NCBI RefSeq assembly: GCF_026168935.1 | Contig: NZ_JAPFDK010000007.1 | Reading direction: 5' to 3' (one strand) | DNA: 64,000 bases | Source: Slackia sp. | GTDB taxonomy: Bacteria; Actinomycetota; Coriobacteriia; Coriobacteriales; Eggerthellaceae | Part shown: one piece after another, positions 49,637 to 57,286 of the stretch | How the letters are laid out: each line of letters opens with the position of its first letter | Numbering within the stretch: the stretch's first letter is position 1 | The notes under the pieces: model-generated | The model's database searches: none | Told to the model about the DNA's origin: nothing | What the model saw: the letters and a program-made list of their open reading frames with translations, nothing else | Translations under genes and position numbers: made by a program

Positions 49637-51100
49637 GTGAGTCGTTTGAACCCTCTGCGTCAAGGCGAGCCAGATTCCAATATGGCAAACGAGGGCGGCG
49701 AGCGGGCCCGAAGGGCTCCTCGCCGTTCTCTTTCTCGGAGCATCGCTCGTACGGTCATGGTCGCTACGGCGTCATTGGCGGTTGCATGCGCGGTGCTTTT
49801 CGCGCTTGTGTTCTATCTTGTCCTTGATCGCCAGGCCGCAAGCGACCTCAAAATAGAATGCGAAAGCCTTGCGGATATGCTCGATGCGCAGACCGATGGC
49901 GATACTGATGCCAAGACCGTCCTTCAGCGTCATGCGAATATCGTCGTTCCCGGCACGCGTGTGACCTTGATAGATCCCGACGGCGATGTTCTGTTCGACA
50001 CCGCGGCCGATGTTGCCGGCCTCGATAACCACGCGCTCCGTCCCGAGGTCATAGAGGCCATGGAGGAAGGAGAGGGCAGGGCGGGCCGCTATTCGGAAAC
50101 GCTCGATGAAGAAACCCTCTATCACTCCGTCCGCCTCGAAGAGGGGTCTGTTCTGCGTTTGGCGAAAACGCATTCGAGCGTATGGGGCATCATGTCCGCC
50201 ATGCTGATTCCTTATCTCGTGGTGCTTTTTGCCACGGTCGGCATATCCCTTCTTGTGGGATGGGTCATATCGCGCAAGGTCGCCTCCGAGCTCTCTGCGG
50301 TCGATCTTGACCATCCGCATGGCGCCAATGTGCCAGAAGAGCTTGTCCCTCTTATCAATCGCCTTGATGAACAGCGCAAACGCCTCGATGCGCAGGTGGC
50401 GGAGCGCCGTCGTTTCACGGGCAACGTATCGCATGAGCTCAAGACGCCGCTTACGGTCGTTTCCGGGTATGCCGAAATCATCGAGCGGGGCATCGCCCGC
50501 CCCGAGGACGTGAAGCAGTTCGCCGGTCATATATACGAGGAAGCCCAGCATATGAAATCCATGGTTGACGAGCTTCTGACGCTATCCCGCCTTGACGACG
50601 CCGAGGCGGAAGACATGCGCATCGACATGGACCAAAGCGTCTCGTTGGCCGAAGTCGCTCGCAATGTCTCTATTAGGCTGGCGTCTGCGGCGCGCCGTCG
50701 AGGAATCACAGTGAGCCTGAGCGTCTTCGAAGGGGGCGGTTCCGAAGACGTCGAGGTCGTGGGAAATGCGCGCATGATCGAAGAGATGCTGCGCAACCTC
50801 ATGGAAAACGCTATTCGATACAACGTCGACGGAGGGAAGGTCGATGTGTGCGTGGGACGAAACGCTCAGGGCGTTCCGTTCGTCCGCGTCGCCGATACCG
50901 GCATGGGCATTCCCGAGGACATGCGCGAGAAGGTATTCGAGCGATTCTTCTGCGTGGACGAAAGCCGTTCGAAGGAAACGGGCGGCAGCGGGCTTGGCTT
51001 AGCCATCGTCAAGCATGCGGCACAGCTGCATGGCGCATCAGTTTCCATTTCTGAGAATAAGCCGCGCGGCAGCGTGTTCGAGGTTCTTTTCCAGCATTAG
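49637..51100 (+). CDS. Sensor histidine kinase (PhoR-like by context)
   Basis: 2 TM. The H-box is HELKTPLTVVSGYAEII and the G2 box is GGSGLGLAIVKHAAQLHG. A GTG at 49637 has SD gaaagg, and the ATG at 49682 is an alternative start. Confidence 0.88.
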   Translation: MSRLNPLRQGEPDSNMANEGGERARRAPRRSLSRSIARTVMVATASLAVACAVLFALVFYLVLDRQAASDLKIECESLADMLDAQTDGDTDAKTVLQRHANIVVPGTRVTLIDPDGDVLFDTAADVAGLDNHALRPEVIEAMEEGEGRAGRYSETLDEETLYHSVRLEEGSVLRLAKTHSSVWGIMSAMLIPYLVVLFATVGISLLVGWVISRKVASELSAVDLDHPHGANVPEELVPLINRLDEQRKRLDAQVAERRRFTGNVSHELKTPLTVVSGYAEIIERGIARPEDVKQFAGHIYEEAQHMKSMVDELLTLSRLDDAEAEDMRIDMDQSVSLAEVARNVSIRLASAARRRGITVSLSVFEGGGSEDVEVVGNARMIEEMLRNLMENAIRYNVDGGKVDVCVGRNAQGVPFVRVADTGMGIPEDMREKVFERFFCVDESRSKETGGSGLGLAIVKHAAQLHGASVSISENKPRGSVFEVLFQH

Positions 51101-51294
51101 GTGCTCGCTTCGTGCTTCCGGCCGATTCCTGCTTGTCCGGAGGCGCTTTCGGGCCAGGGCGCTTGCATTCGCCTGTTTGCCTCGGCCTGTCACGCGGAAA
51201 TCTTTTTCGTTTGTCCGTTTTTGGAGCCTATCACCTCGCATCCCGCTCGGCTACACTGATCCCTATTGGTAAATGCGGGTGAAAGGTAGGTGCC

Positions 51295-51975
51295 GTGAGG
51301 CTTCTTGAAGAGCGTATTCAACGCGATGGCGTGGTGAAGGCCGAAGGCGTGTTGAAGGTCGATAGTTTTCTGAATCATCAGATGGACATCTCGTTGTTCA
51401 ACGAGATGGGCGCAGAGCTCAAGCGTCTTTTCGCGGACGCTCCCATCAACAAGATCCTAACCATCGAGGCTTCAGGCATCGGCATTGCCGCTATCGTGGC
51501 GCAGCACTTTGGCGTGCCGGTGGTGTTTGCCAAGAAGGCGCAGAGCATCAATCTCGATGGCGAGATGTACACGACGCGCATCCAGAGCTTCACGCACGGC
51601 AAAATATTCAACGTGATCGTTTCCAAGAAGTACATCGGTCCTGAGGACCACGTACTGATCATTGACGACTTCCTTGCGAACGGCTGCGCGCTCGATGGCC
51701 TGATCGGGATTGTCGAATCCGCGGGCGCTACCGTCGAGGGTATCGGCATTGCCATCGAGAAAGGCTTCCAGCCTGGCGGCAAGAGTCTGCGTGAGCGCGG
51801 GTATCGTCTCGAGTCGCTCGCCATCGTTGATGCGATGGACCCTGAGACGGGGGAGCTGACGTTTCGCGAGCAGGATGGCGAAACGGGTTCTCGCGCCGGC
51901 TTGGGAGGCGTTGTGGAGTGCGATGCGGACCATATCGCCGAAGCGTGTGCGGCCGTCGAGAATGCGGGAAGGTAG
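51295..51975 (+). CDS. xpt: Xanthine phosphoribosyltransferase
   Basis: The N-terminus is [29 protein letters not shown] and the PRPP motif is [11 protein letters not shown]. The GTG start has SD gaaaggtagg. There is a C-terminal extension of about 35 aa. Confidence 0.9.
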   Translation: MRLLEERIQRDGVVKAEGVLKVDSFLNHQMDISLFNEMGAELKRLFADAPINKILTIEASGIGIAAIVAQHFGVPVVFAKKAQSINLDGEMYTTRIQSFTHGKIFNVIVSKKYIGPEDHVLIIDDFLANGCALDGLIGIVESAGATVEGIGIAIEKGFQPGGKSLRERGYRLESLAIVDAMDPETGELTFREQDGETGSRAGLGGVVECDADHIAEACAAVENAGR

Positions 51976-51978
51976 CCA

Positions 51979-53454
51979 ATGGCGTTCAAAGGGTTTTCCA
52001 AAGGAAAGGCGTTCGACCATGCGAGCCTGTTCCAGCTCGATGGTGACATTCCCCTGTTGAGGGCCGTTCCGTACGGTATTCAGCATATTCTGGCAATGTT
52101 CGTGGCGAATCTTGCTCCTATTATGATCGTGGCGGCTGCGGCCGGCCTGAGCGATGTCCAGACCAGCTCTCTCATCCAGGGCGCCATGCTCATTGCAGGC
52201 ATTGGCACGCTTATTCAGCTGTTCCCTCTGTGGCGCATCGGCAGTGGGCTGCCGATCGTCATGGGAATCAGCTTCACGTTCGTGACGGTGCTATGCGGCA
52301 TCGTTGCCACGTACGGGTACAATGTCGCGATTGGGGCCATCATCGTGGGTGGCATCCTCGAAGGCGTTCTCGGCCTTTTCGCGAAATACTGGCGCCGCCT
52401 CATTTCTCCCATTGTCGCCGCCGTCGTGGTCACCTCTATCGGCTTTTCGCTGCTCAACGTCGGTGCCGCATCGTTCGGCGGCGGTACTGGGTCTCCCGAT
52501 TTCGGCTCCCCGCGCAACCTGCTGCTTGGGTCGGTCGCCTTGGTGTCGTGCTTGATTTTCCAGGTGCTTGCAAAGGGCAAGACGAAGCAGCTTTCCGTTC
52601 TGTTCGGTCTGATTGTGGGCTATATTGCGGCCATTCCGCTGGGTGCGGTTGATTTCTCGTCGTTTCAGAATCTGCAGCCTTTCGCGGCCCCTTCCCTGAT
52701 GCCGTTCGCGCCTGAGTTCAACCTTGCGGCAATCGTGTCGGTGACGGTTATTTTTCTGGTTTCTGCTACGGAGACCATCGGCGATACTTCCGCCGTCTCG
52801 CTTGTCGGCCTTGGCCGGGACGTGAAGGAACGCGAACTGTCCGGCTCCATTGCCTGCGACGGCTTCACCAGCGCGCTTTCGGGCTGTCTGGGGTGTCTTC
52901 CCGTTACATCGTTTTCCCAAAACGTTGGATTGGTCGCTATGACCAAGGTCGTTAATCGCAAGGCTATCGCAACCGGTGCGATCATCATGATGCTGTGCGC
53001 GTTCCTTCCCGTGGTCAGTGCGGTGTTCCAGTCTTTGCCTGAGGCCGTTTTGGGCGGGTGCACTATCATGATGTTCGGCAATATCATCGTGAGCGGCTTT
53101 CAGATGGTTGCGCGCGCCGGGTTCTCTCAGCGCAACATTCTCATCGCGGCGCTTTCGCTTTCCATCGGCATCGGGTTTACCCAGGTGTCCGACATTTTCG
53201 TCATATTCCCCGAGCTTGTGCGCAGCGTGTTCGCCGATAACTGCGTGGCGGGCGTGTTCCTCGTTGCCGTAATTGCCAACCTGGTTCTGCCGAAAAACAT
53301 CGCTATCGACGGGGCGCAGATCGAGGGCGAGACGCGTCAGTCGGAGCTTGACTCCGAGAAATCCGGCGAAGGTGAGGAAGCGGCTTTCGAGCCTCTTTCG
53401 GCCGATGCTGCGTTCGTCGAAAACGAGAAGACGAGCTCCCGTTCAACAAGCTAG
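51979..53454 (+). CDS. pbuX: Nucleobase:cation symporter-2 family xanthine/uracil permease
   Basis: 491-aa polytopic protein with NCS2 motifs (GIQHILAMFVANLAPI, ETIGDTSA). It starts 4 nt after xpt. Confidence 0.88.
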   Translation: MAFKGFSKGKAFDHASLFQLDGDIPLLRAVPYGIQHILAMFVANLAPIMIVAAAAGLSDVQTSSLIQGAMLIAGIGTLIQLFPLWRIGSGLPIVMGISFTFVTVLCGIVATYGYNVAIGAIIVGGILEGVLGLFAKYWRRLISPIVAAVVVTSIGFSLLNVGAASFGGGTGSPDFGSPRNLLLGSVALVSCLIFQVLAKGKTKQLSVLFGLIVGYIAAIPLGAVDFSSFQNLQPFAAPSLMPFAPEFNLAAIVSVTVIFLVSATETIGDTSAVSLVGLGRDVKERELSGSIACDGFTSALSGCLGCLPVTSFSQNVGLVAMTKVVNRKAIATGAIIMMLCAFLPVVSAVFQSLPEAVLGGCTIMMFGNIIVSGFQMVARAGFSQRNILIAALSLSIGIGFTQVSDIFVIFPELVRSVFADNCVAGVFLVAVIANLVLPKNIAIDGAQIEGETRQSELDSEKSGEGEEAAFEPLSADAAFVENEKTSSRSTS

Positions 53455-53610
53455 GATGCACACTCGTTCGACTGGCACGGACGTGCGCTTGTCGGGCTGC
53501 TTCGGACGTGCGTCCAGCTAGCTCGGGCTTGAGCCCAGCCAGCCAAAGCGTGCGCAGGGGTCGTCGTCTTGGGTGACGGAGCGGTTCGCATTGATGAAGC
53601 TATATAGAAG

Positions 53611-53650
53611 GATGCCGCTTGGTATTGCAGACCGAGCGGCATCTTTGCGT
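53611..53650 (+). terminator. Hairpin terminator downstream of pbuX
   Basis: GATGCCGCT / AGCGGCATC stem followed by TTTGCGTTTG. A second 9/10-bp hairpin lies at 53660-53691. Confidence 0.55.
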
Positions 53651-53700
53651 TTGCCGTAGCGGCCGCAGGTTCGCAAACAAACCCGCGGCCGTCTCTTCAA

Positions 53701-53761
53701 CGGCGGAGCAGGTATGTCGGCGGCGAACGGGTTTATCAGCGGCAGAGCAGGTCTATCGGCG
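53701..53761. repeat. Direct repeat, 2 copies of a 22-mer, 39-nt period
   Basis: cggcGgagcaggtAtGtcggcg (53701-53722) against cggcAgagcaggtCtAtcggcg (53740-53761). There are 3 mismatches by eye. Confidence 0.6.
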
Positions 53762-53951
53762 ATGAGTCCATGCTGTTTCGTCATTGCGTGCATTTCCGGT
53801 GCGCAAAACGCCGAGATAGTATTGATTGAACGGTAGCCCGCCTTTGCAGAGGTCGAAGATACGCTCGAGAGCGGCATCGTCTGCAGGTGGCGCGTTTCAA
53901 TCGTTACGCACGGGTTCTCGGACGGTCTGTTGGCGAGGGGTCTTGGGCGGC

Positions 53952-53992
53952 CCGTTGCTAGCATGTCCTGGACGCGCTCCGTTGCTAGCATG
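53952..53992. repeat. Direct repeat, 2 exact copies of CCGTTGCTAGCATG, 27-nt period
   Basis: The copies lie at 53952-53965 and 53979-53992. Each contains the palindrome GCTAGC. They sit about 155-195 nt upstream of the pepV start. Confidence 0.65.
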
Positions 53993-54146
53993 GGTCCTCG
54001 GGCGGTCTGTGAGCGGCGTGCAGACGGAGCTTGTGGCTGCGGCTGTTTCGTGCCAATCCGGCAACGCGGTTTTTCGCGGGAAGCTTCCTGAAAGAAAAAC
54101 GAGTAGAATGGCAAAAGTACGCCCAAAAAGAGAGAGGATGGGTGCA

Positions 54147-55568
54147 ATGTCCAATACGGATTTTCTGGTCGAGGTTGACCAGTTCATCGATGAGAATTGG
54201 GAAGAAATCGTCGATGAAATCGCAAAGCTCGTTTCTATTCCAAGCATTGCGGATTTCGACCGTGCGACTCCCGAAGACCCAAGCGGCCCTGAGGCACACG
54301 ACGGGCTGCGTGCCGCAGTTGATCTGGCGGCCCGTCTCGGCTTCGATGCGAAAGACGACGCCGGCCAGATAGGCATAGCCGACCTGGAGGGCGAAAGCGA
54401 TACCATGCTGGGCATGATCTGCCATTCCGACGTGGTGGCCCCCGGTATCGGCTGGACGCTCGATCCCTGGACGTTGCTGCGCAAGGACGGTTTTCTTCTG
54501 GGGCGCGGCGTCCTTGATGACAAAGGCCCGCTCGTTGCGTCTCTGTACTGCATGAAATTCTTCAAAGACAAGGGCGAGAAGCTTCCGTACACGCTGCGCA
54601 TGCTCATCGGCACCAATGAGGAAACGGGCACCATGCGCGATGTCGCATATTATCTCGAAAATTATCCCGCTCCTGCTTTCACGTTCACGCCGGACGATAT
54701 GTTCCCTGTTTGCTACGGGGAGAAGGGCGGTTTCGACGGCCTGATTTGCTCGAAGCAATTCACCGGCGGCAATATCATCGACTTCACGACCGGTGAGGCC
54801 TCTACCAATGCCGTGCCGAGCCAGGCAACCCTGGTTGTCCGTGCAGACGCAGAGACCCTTCCTGCTGCGGACAATATCGACATCTACGCCGAAGGCGATT
54901 ACGCGATGCTCGTGGCAACCGGGCGAGGCGGGCATGCCTCCATGCCGGCGGGCACGGTGAACGCCATCGATTTGTTGGTGCAATATGCCCTCGACAACGC
55001 GCTGTGCACCGAAGAAGAGAATGTTTTCTTGCGCATGATCGGTCGCATCATGGCCTCTACGGACGGAAGTTCCGTGGGAATTGACACGTGCGACGGCTTT
55101 TTCGACCCCCTTACGTGTATCGCGGGAACCATTCATTTCGAGGAGGGTCGCCTGAAGCTCACCATCGATATTCGATTCCCCACGTCCACGAGCAAAGAAG
55201 ACCTCTTGGCGAAGCTCGCTCCGGTGGTCGAGGAAGGGGAGGCAACCATCGAGAACACCCTGCTCATGGAGCCTTTCCTGATGAAGCCCGATAGCCCGGC
55301 CATCGTGGCTCTCGTGGAGTCGTATCGCGAGGCTACGGGTCTTGACGGCGAACCGTTCACCATCGGCGGCGGTACGTACGCGCGCGAATTCCCGTGCGCT
55401 GCTAGCTTCGGCCCCGAAGACCCCCATGACGAATATCCCGAGTGGGTCGGTCCGATGCATGGCGCAGATGAAGGGATTTCCGAAGAGAGCCTGAAGCGCG
55501 CAATGCGCGTCTACATTCTCACGATCAAGCGCCTGATGGAAATGGATCTTTTGGCGTTGAGTGAATAG
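54147..55568 (+). CDS. pepV: M20-family dipeptidase (PepV/Sapep-like)
   Basis: GMICHSDVVAPG and GRGVLDDKGP (metal ligands) are present, with M20 dimerisation/lid domain organisation. The start is set at the ATG at 54147 (SD agagagagg). The track ORF from 53826 is an over-extension. Confidence 0.85.
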   Translation: MSNTDFLVEVDQFIDENWEEIVDEIAKLVSIPSIADFDRATPEDPSGPEAHDGLRAAVDLAARLGFDAKDDAGQIGIADLEGESDTMLGMICHSDVVAPGIGWTLDPWTLLRKDGFLLGRGVLDDKGPLVASLYCMKFFKDKGEKLPYTLRMLIGTNEETGTMRDVAYYLENYPAPAFTFTPDDMFPVCYGEKGGFDGLICSKQFTGGNIIDFTTGEASTNAVPSQATLVVRADAETLPAADNIDIYAEGDYAMLVATGRGGHASMPAGTVNAIDLLVQYALDNALCTEEENVFLRMIGRIMASTDGSSVGIDTCDGFFDPLTCIAGTIHFEEGRLKLTIDIRFPTSTSKEDLLAKLAPVVEEGEATIENTLLMEPFLMKPDSPAIVALVESYREATGLDGEPFTIGGGTYAREFPCAASFGPEDPHDEYPEWVGPMHGADEGISEESLKRAMRVYILTIKRLMEMDLLALSE

Positions 55569-55622
55569 CCGCAATTGCATCGGTTGTTTTTACGCCGAGC
55601 TTCGTTTATAATTCAACTTCGC

Positions 55623-55705
55623 GCCCGAGTGGCGGAATGGCAGACGCGGCGGTCTCAAAAACCGTTGTCTTTGACGTGCGAGTTCGACTCTCGCCTCGGG
55701 CACCA
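55623..55705 (+). tRNA. tRNA-Leu (anticodon CAA), class II with long variable arm, CCA encoded
   Basis: Hand-folded. Acceptor GCCCGAG/CTCGGGC. Anticodon stem GCGGT/ACCGT with loop CTCAAAA. Variable arm 12 nt. T-arm GCGAG-TTCGACT-CTCGC. Discriminator A plus CCA. Confidence 0.9.
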
Positions 55706-55717
55706 TTCGCATCATTC

Positions 55718-55758
55718 GAACCCGCTGAAGCAGCAATGCTCGGCGGGTTCGCTGTTTT
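55718..55758 (+). terminator. Hairpin after tRNA-Leu
   Basis: GAACCCGC / GCGGGTTC stem with a 17-nt loop, followed by GCTGTTTTCG. Confidence 0.45.
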
Positions 55759-55804
55759 CGCTCGTATTTTAGTCGGGTGGTTTATCGAGGAAGAGGGAAG
55801 GGCC

Positions 55805-56380
55805 ATGAGTCAAGGCATCACGATGAAGCGAAGCGAATCGATCGCGTTCAGCGGGCTGTCCATAGCTTTGTTGACGGTATGTTCATGGGTGAGCATTCCC
55901 ATCGGCCCGATTCCGTTTACGCTGCAGACCATGATGCTTGCGTTCATTGTCGTGCTCTTTCCGCCGCGAGAAGCCCTGATGAGCGTCCTGGGATATCTGC
56001 TCATTGGCGCGATCGGCGTTCCGGTGTTTTCCGGAATGACGGGCGGCCTTGCTTCCATTATGGGACCGACGGGCGGGTTTCTTATAGGGTTCGGCGTGGG
56101 GACTGCCCTCGCGGCTCTCGTTGCTTCGCTTTGGAAGGAGCCTAAGGATAGGGTGCCGCGCCTGATGCGCGAAGCGTCATTCGCCGCGTTGCTCCTGCTC
56201 TGCTCGTATGCGTGCGGTTTGGTGCAGTTCATGGCGGTCACCGGCATGGAGCCGCTTGCGGCGTTCGCGGTGAGCATCGCCCCGTTCATCGTGTTCGATG
56301 TTGCGAAAATGGCGATTGGGGCAAGCTTCGCGCATATGCTAAAAGCCGCGCTGCCCGCCTTTCGCCGTAAAAAAGCCTAG
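55805..56380 (+). CDS. bioY: Biotin transporter BioY (ECF S-component)
   Basis: The BioY pattern VSIPIGPIPFTLQTMMLAFIVVLF...GYLLIGAIGVPVFSGMTGGLASIMGPTGGFLIGF is present. The ATG at 55805 has SD gaggaagaggg. The track ORF from 55637 overlaps the tRNA. Confidence 0.88.
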   Translation: MSQGITMKRSESIAFSGLSIALLTVCSWVSIPIGPIPFTLQTMMLAFIVVLFPPREALMSVLGYLLIGAIGVPVFSGMTGGLASIMGPTGGFLIGFGVGTALAALVASLWKEPKDRVPRLMREASFAALLLLCSYACGLVQFMAVTGMEPLAAFAVSIAPFIVFDVAKMAIGASFAHMLKAALPAFRRKKA

Positions 56381-56402
56381 ATGCATGCAGGTCGATAGAA
56401 GC

Positions 56403-56437
56403 ACGAAGGCGCCGACGGACAGCGTTGGCGCCTTCGT
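56403..56437. terminator. Bidirectional hairpin between bioY and the NrfD-like remnant
   Basis: ACGAAGGCGCC / GGCGCCTTCGT, an 11-bp stem with a 13-nt loop. Confidence 0.6.
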
Positions 56438-56488
56438 TGTGTAGGGGGTGCCATTGCGCAGCAAGCGCACGGCGCGTTTCCAGGCTTG

Positions 56489-56998
56489 CTACAGGAGCGG
56501 AACGGCAACCGTCAAGGGCACGGCGGCCATGACGATCAGGTAACGCAGGATGAATCCGCCGGCTAGAACCCCCACGTCGGATACGAAGTTAATCCAGTGG
56601 GCTTTGCGGCTTTCCTCGAACTCTTTCGCGCTGAAGAACAGCAGCCACGTTTCCAGGGCGGTGGGAAGAATCAGTCCTACGCCCACGAGGCCGACCCAGA
56701 AGAGGATAGCCCATTCGCCAGAGATGAGGCTCGCGATCGAAGCGGCGCCTGCGGACATGGCCGAGATGAGGAACAGGATGGGCAGAAGCGCATTGTTCCA
56801 CGGCGGGTAGGTTTGGCACACGCCCAGCAGCGCGCCGGTGTAGGCCGCGACGCATAGCGATGCGATGACACCAGCGATATCAAGCCATACGGGGATGCTG
56901 CGTTTGAGAATGTCGAGCACCGCGGCGGCGATTGCGATGACCATGAAGACGCTCAGGAAGACGACGCCCCACATCAGCGTTGCAGAAGAGCTGAGCAT
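56489..56998 (-). pseudogene. N-terminally truncated NrfD/DmsC/PsrC-type quinol-oxidising membrane anchor
   Basis: 169-aa ORF holding the family's central motif region (YPPWNNALLPILFLISAMSAGAA) only about 65 aa from its start. The family is normally about 280-400 aa with 8 or more TM. No catalytic (DmsA) or Fe-S (DmsB) gene is adjacent. Its first 7 or so codons are antisense to a LuxR HTH remnant. Confidence 0.6.
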
Positions 56999-57101
56999 AT
57001 CCCAGGCTATGGCGCATACGCATATCGGGCGAATTTATGCGAAAACGGGCCTTCATTCGCGCCAAGAGATTCTTGATTATGTGCGCAATCACGTAGATTG
57101 A
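56976..57101 (+). pseudogene. 3-prime remnant of a LuxR-family regulator gene (second half of HTH only)
   Basis: The translation SVAEELSISQAMAHTHIGRIYAKTGLHSRQEILDYV aligns with FICNELYLARNTVKGYTKRIYAKLDIHSKQEAIDIV of the intact LuxR at 37596..39047. Nothing upstream in frame is LuxR-like. Confidence 0.6.
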
Positions 57102-57286
57102 CGCGTGCTCTTCCTGCCGGCGTTGTAAAATTCATAAGATTGCAGCTTATGCTGCCATGACGCACGCGCCACCGCGCGTGCGATTCGTGCTGATGCTTTG
57201 TCCCCGCGAACGGCGGTCGCGATCCGCCGTTCGACGCGAGGGGGTTGCGCCGCTATTGCGGCTGATAGATTCGGAGGATTTCGTCA

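Noticed and set aside
51101-51294. Purine riboswitch expected upstream of xpt-pbuX.
   Set aside because: I could not find the conserved purine-aptamer core (UAUAAUC...GGAUAUGG...CUACC...) by eye. An Infernal scan would be decisive.
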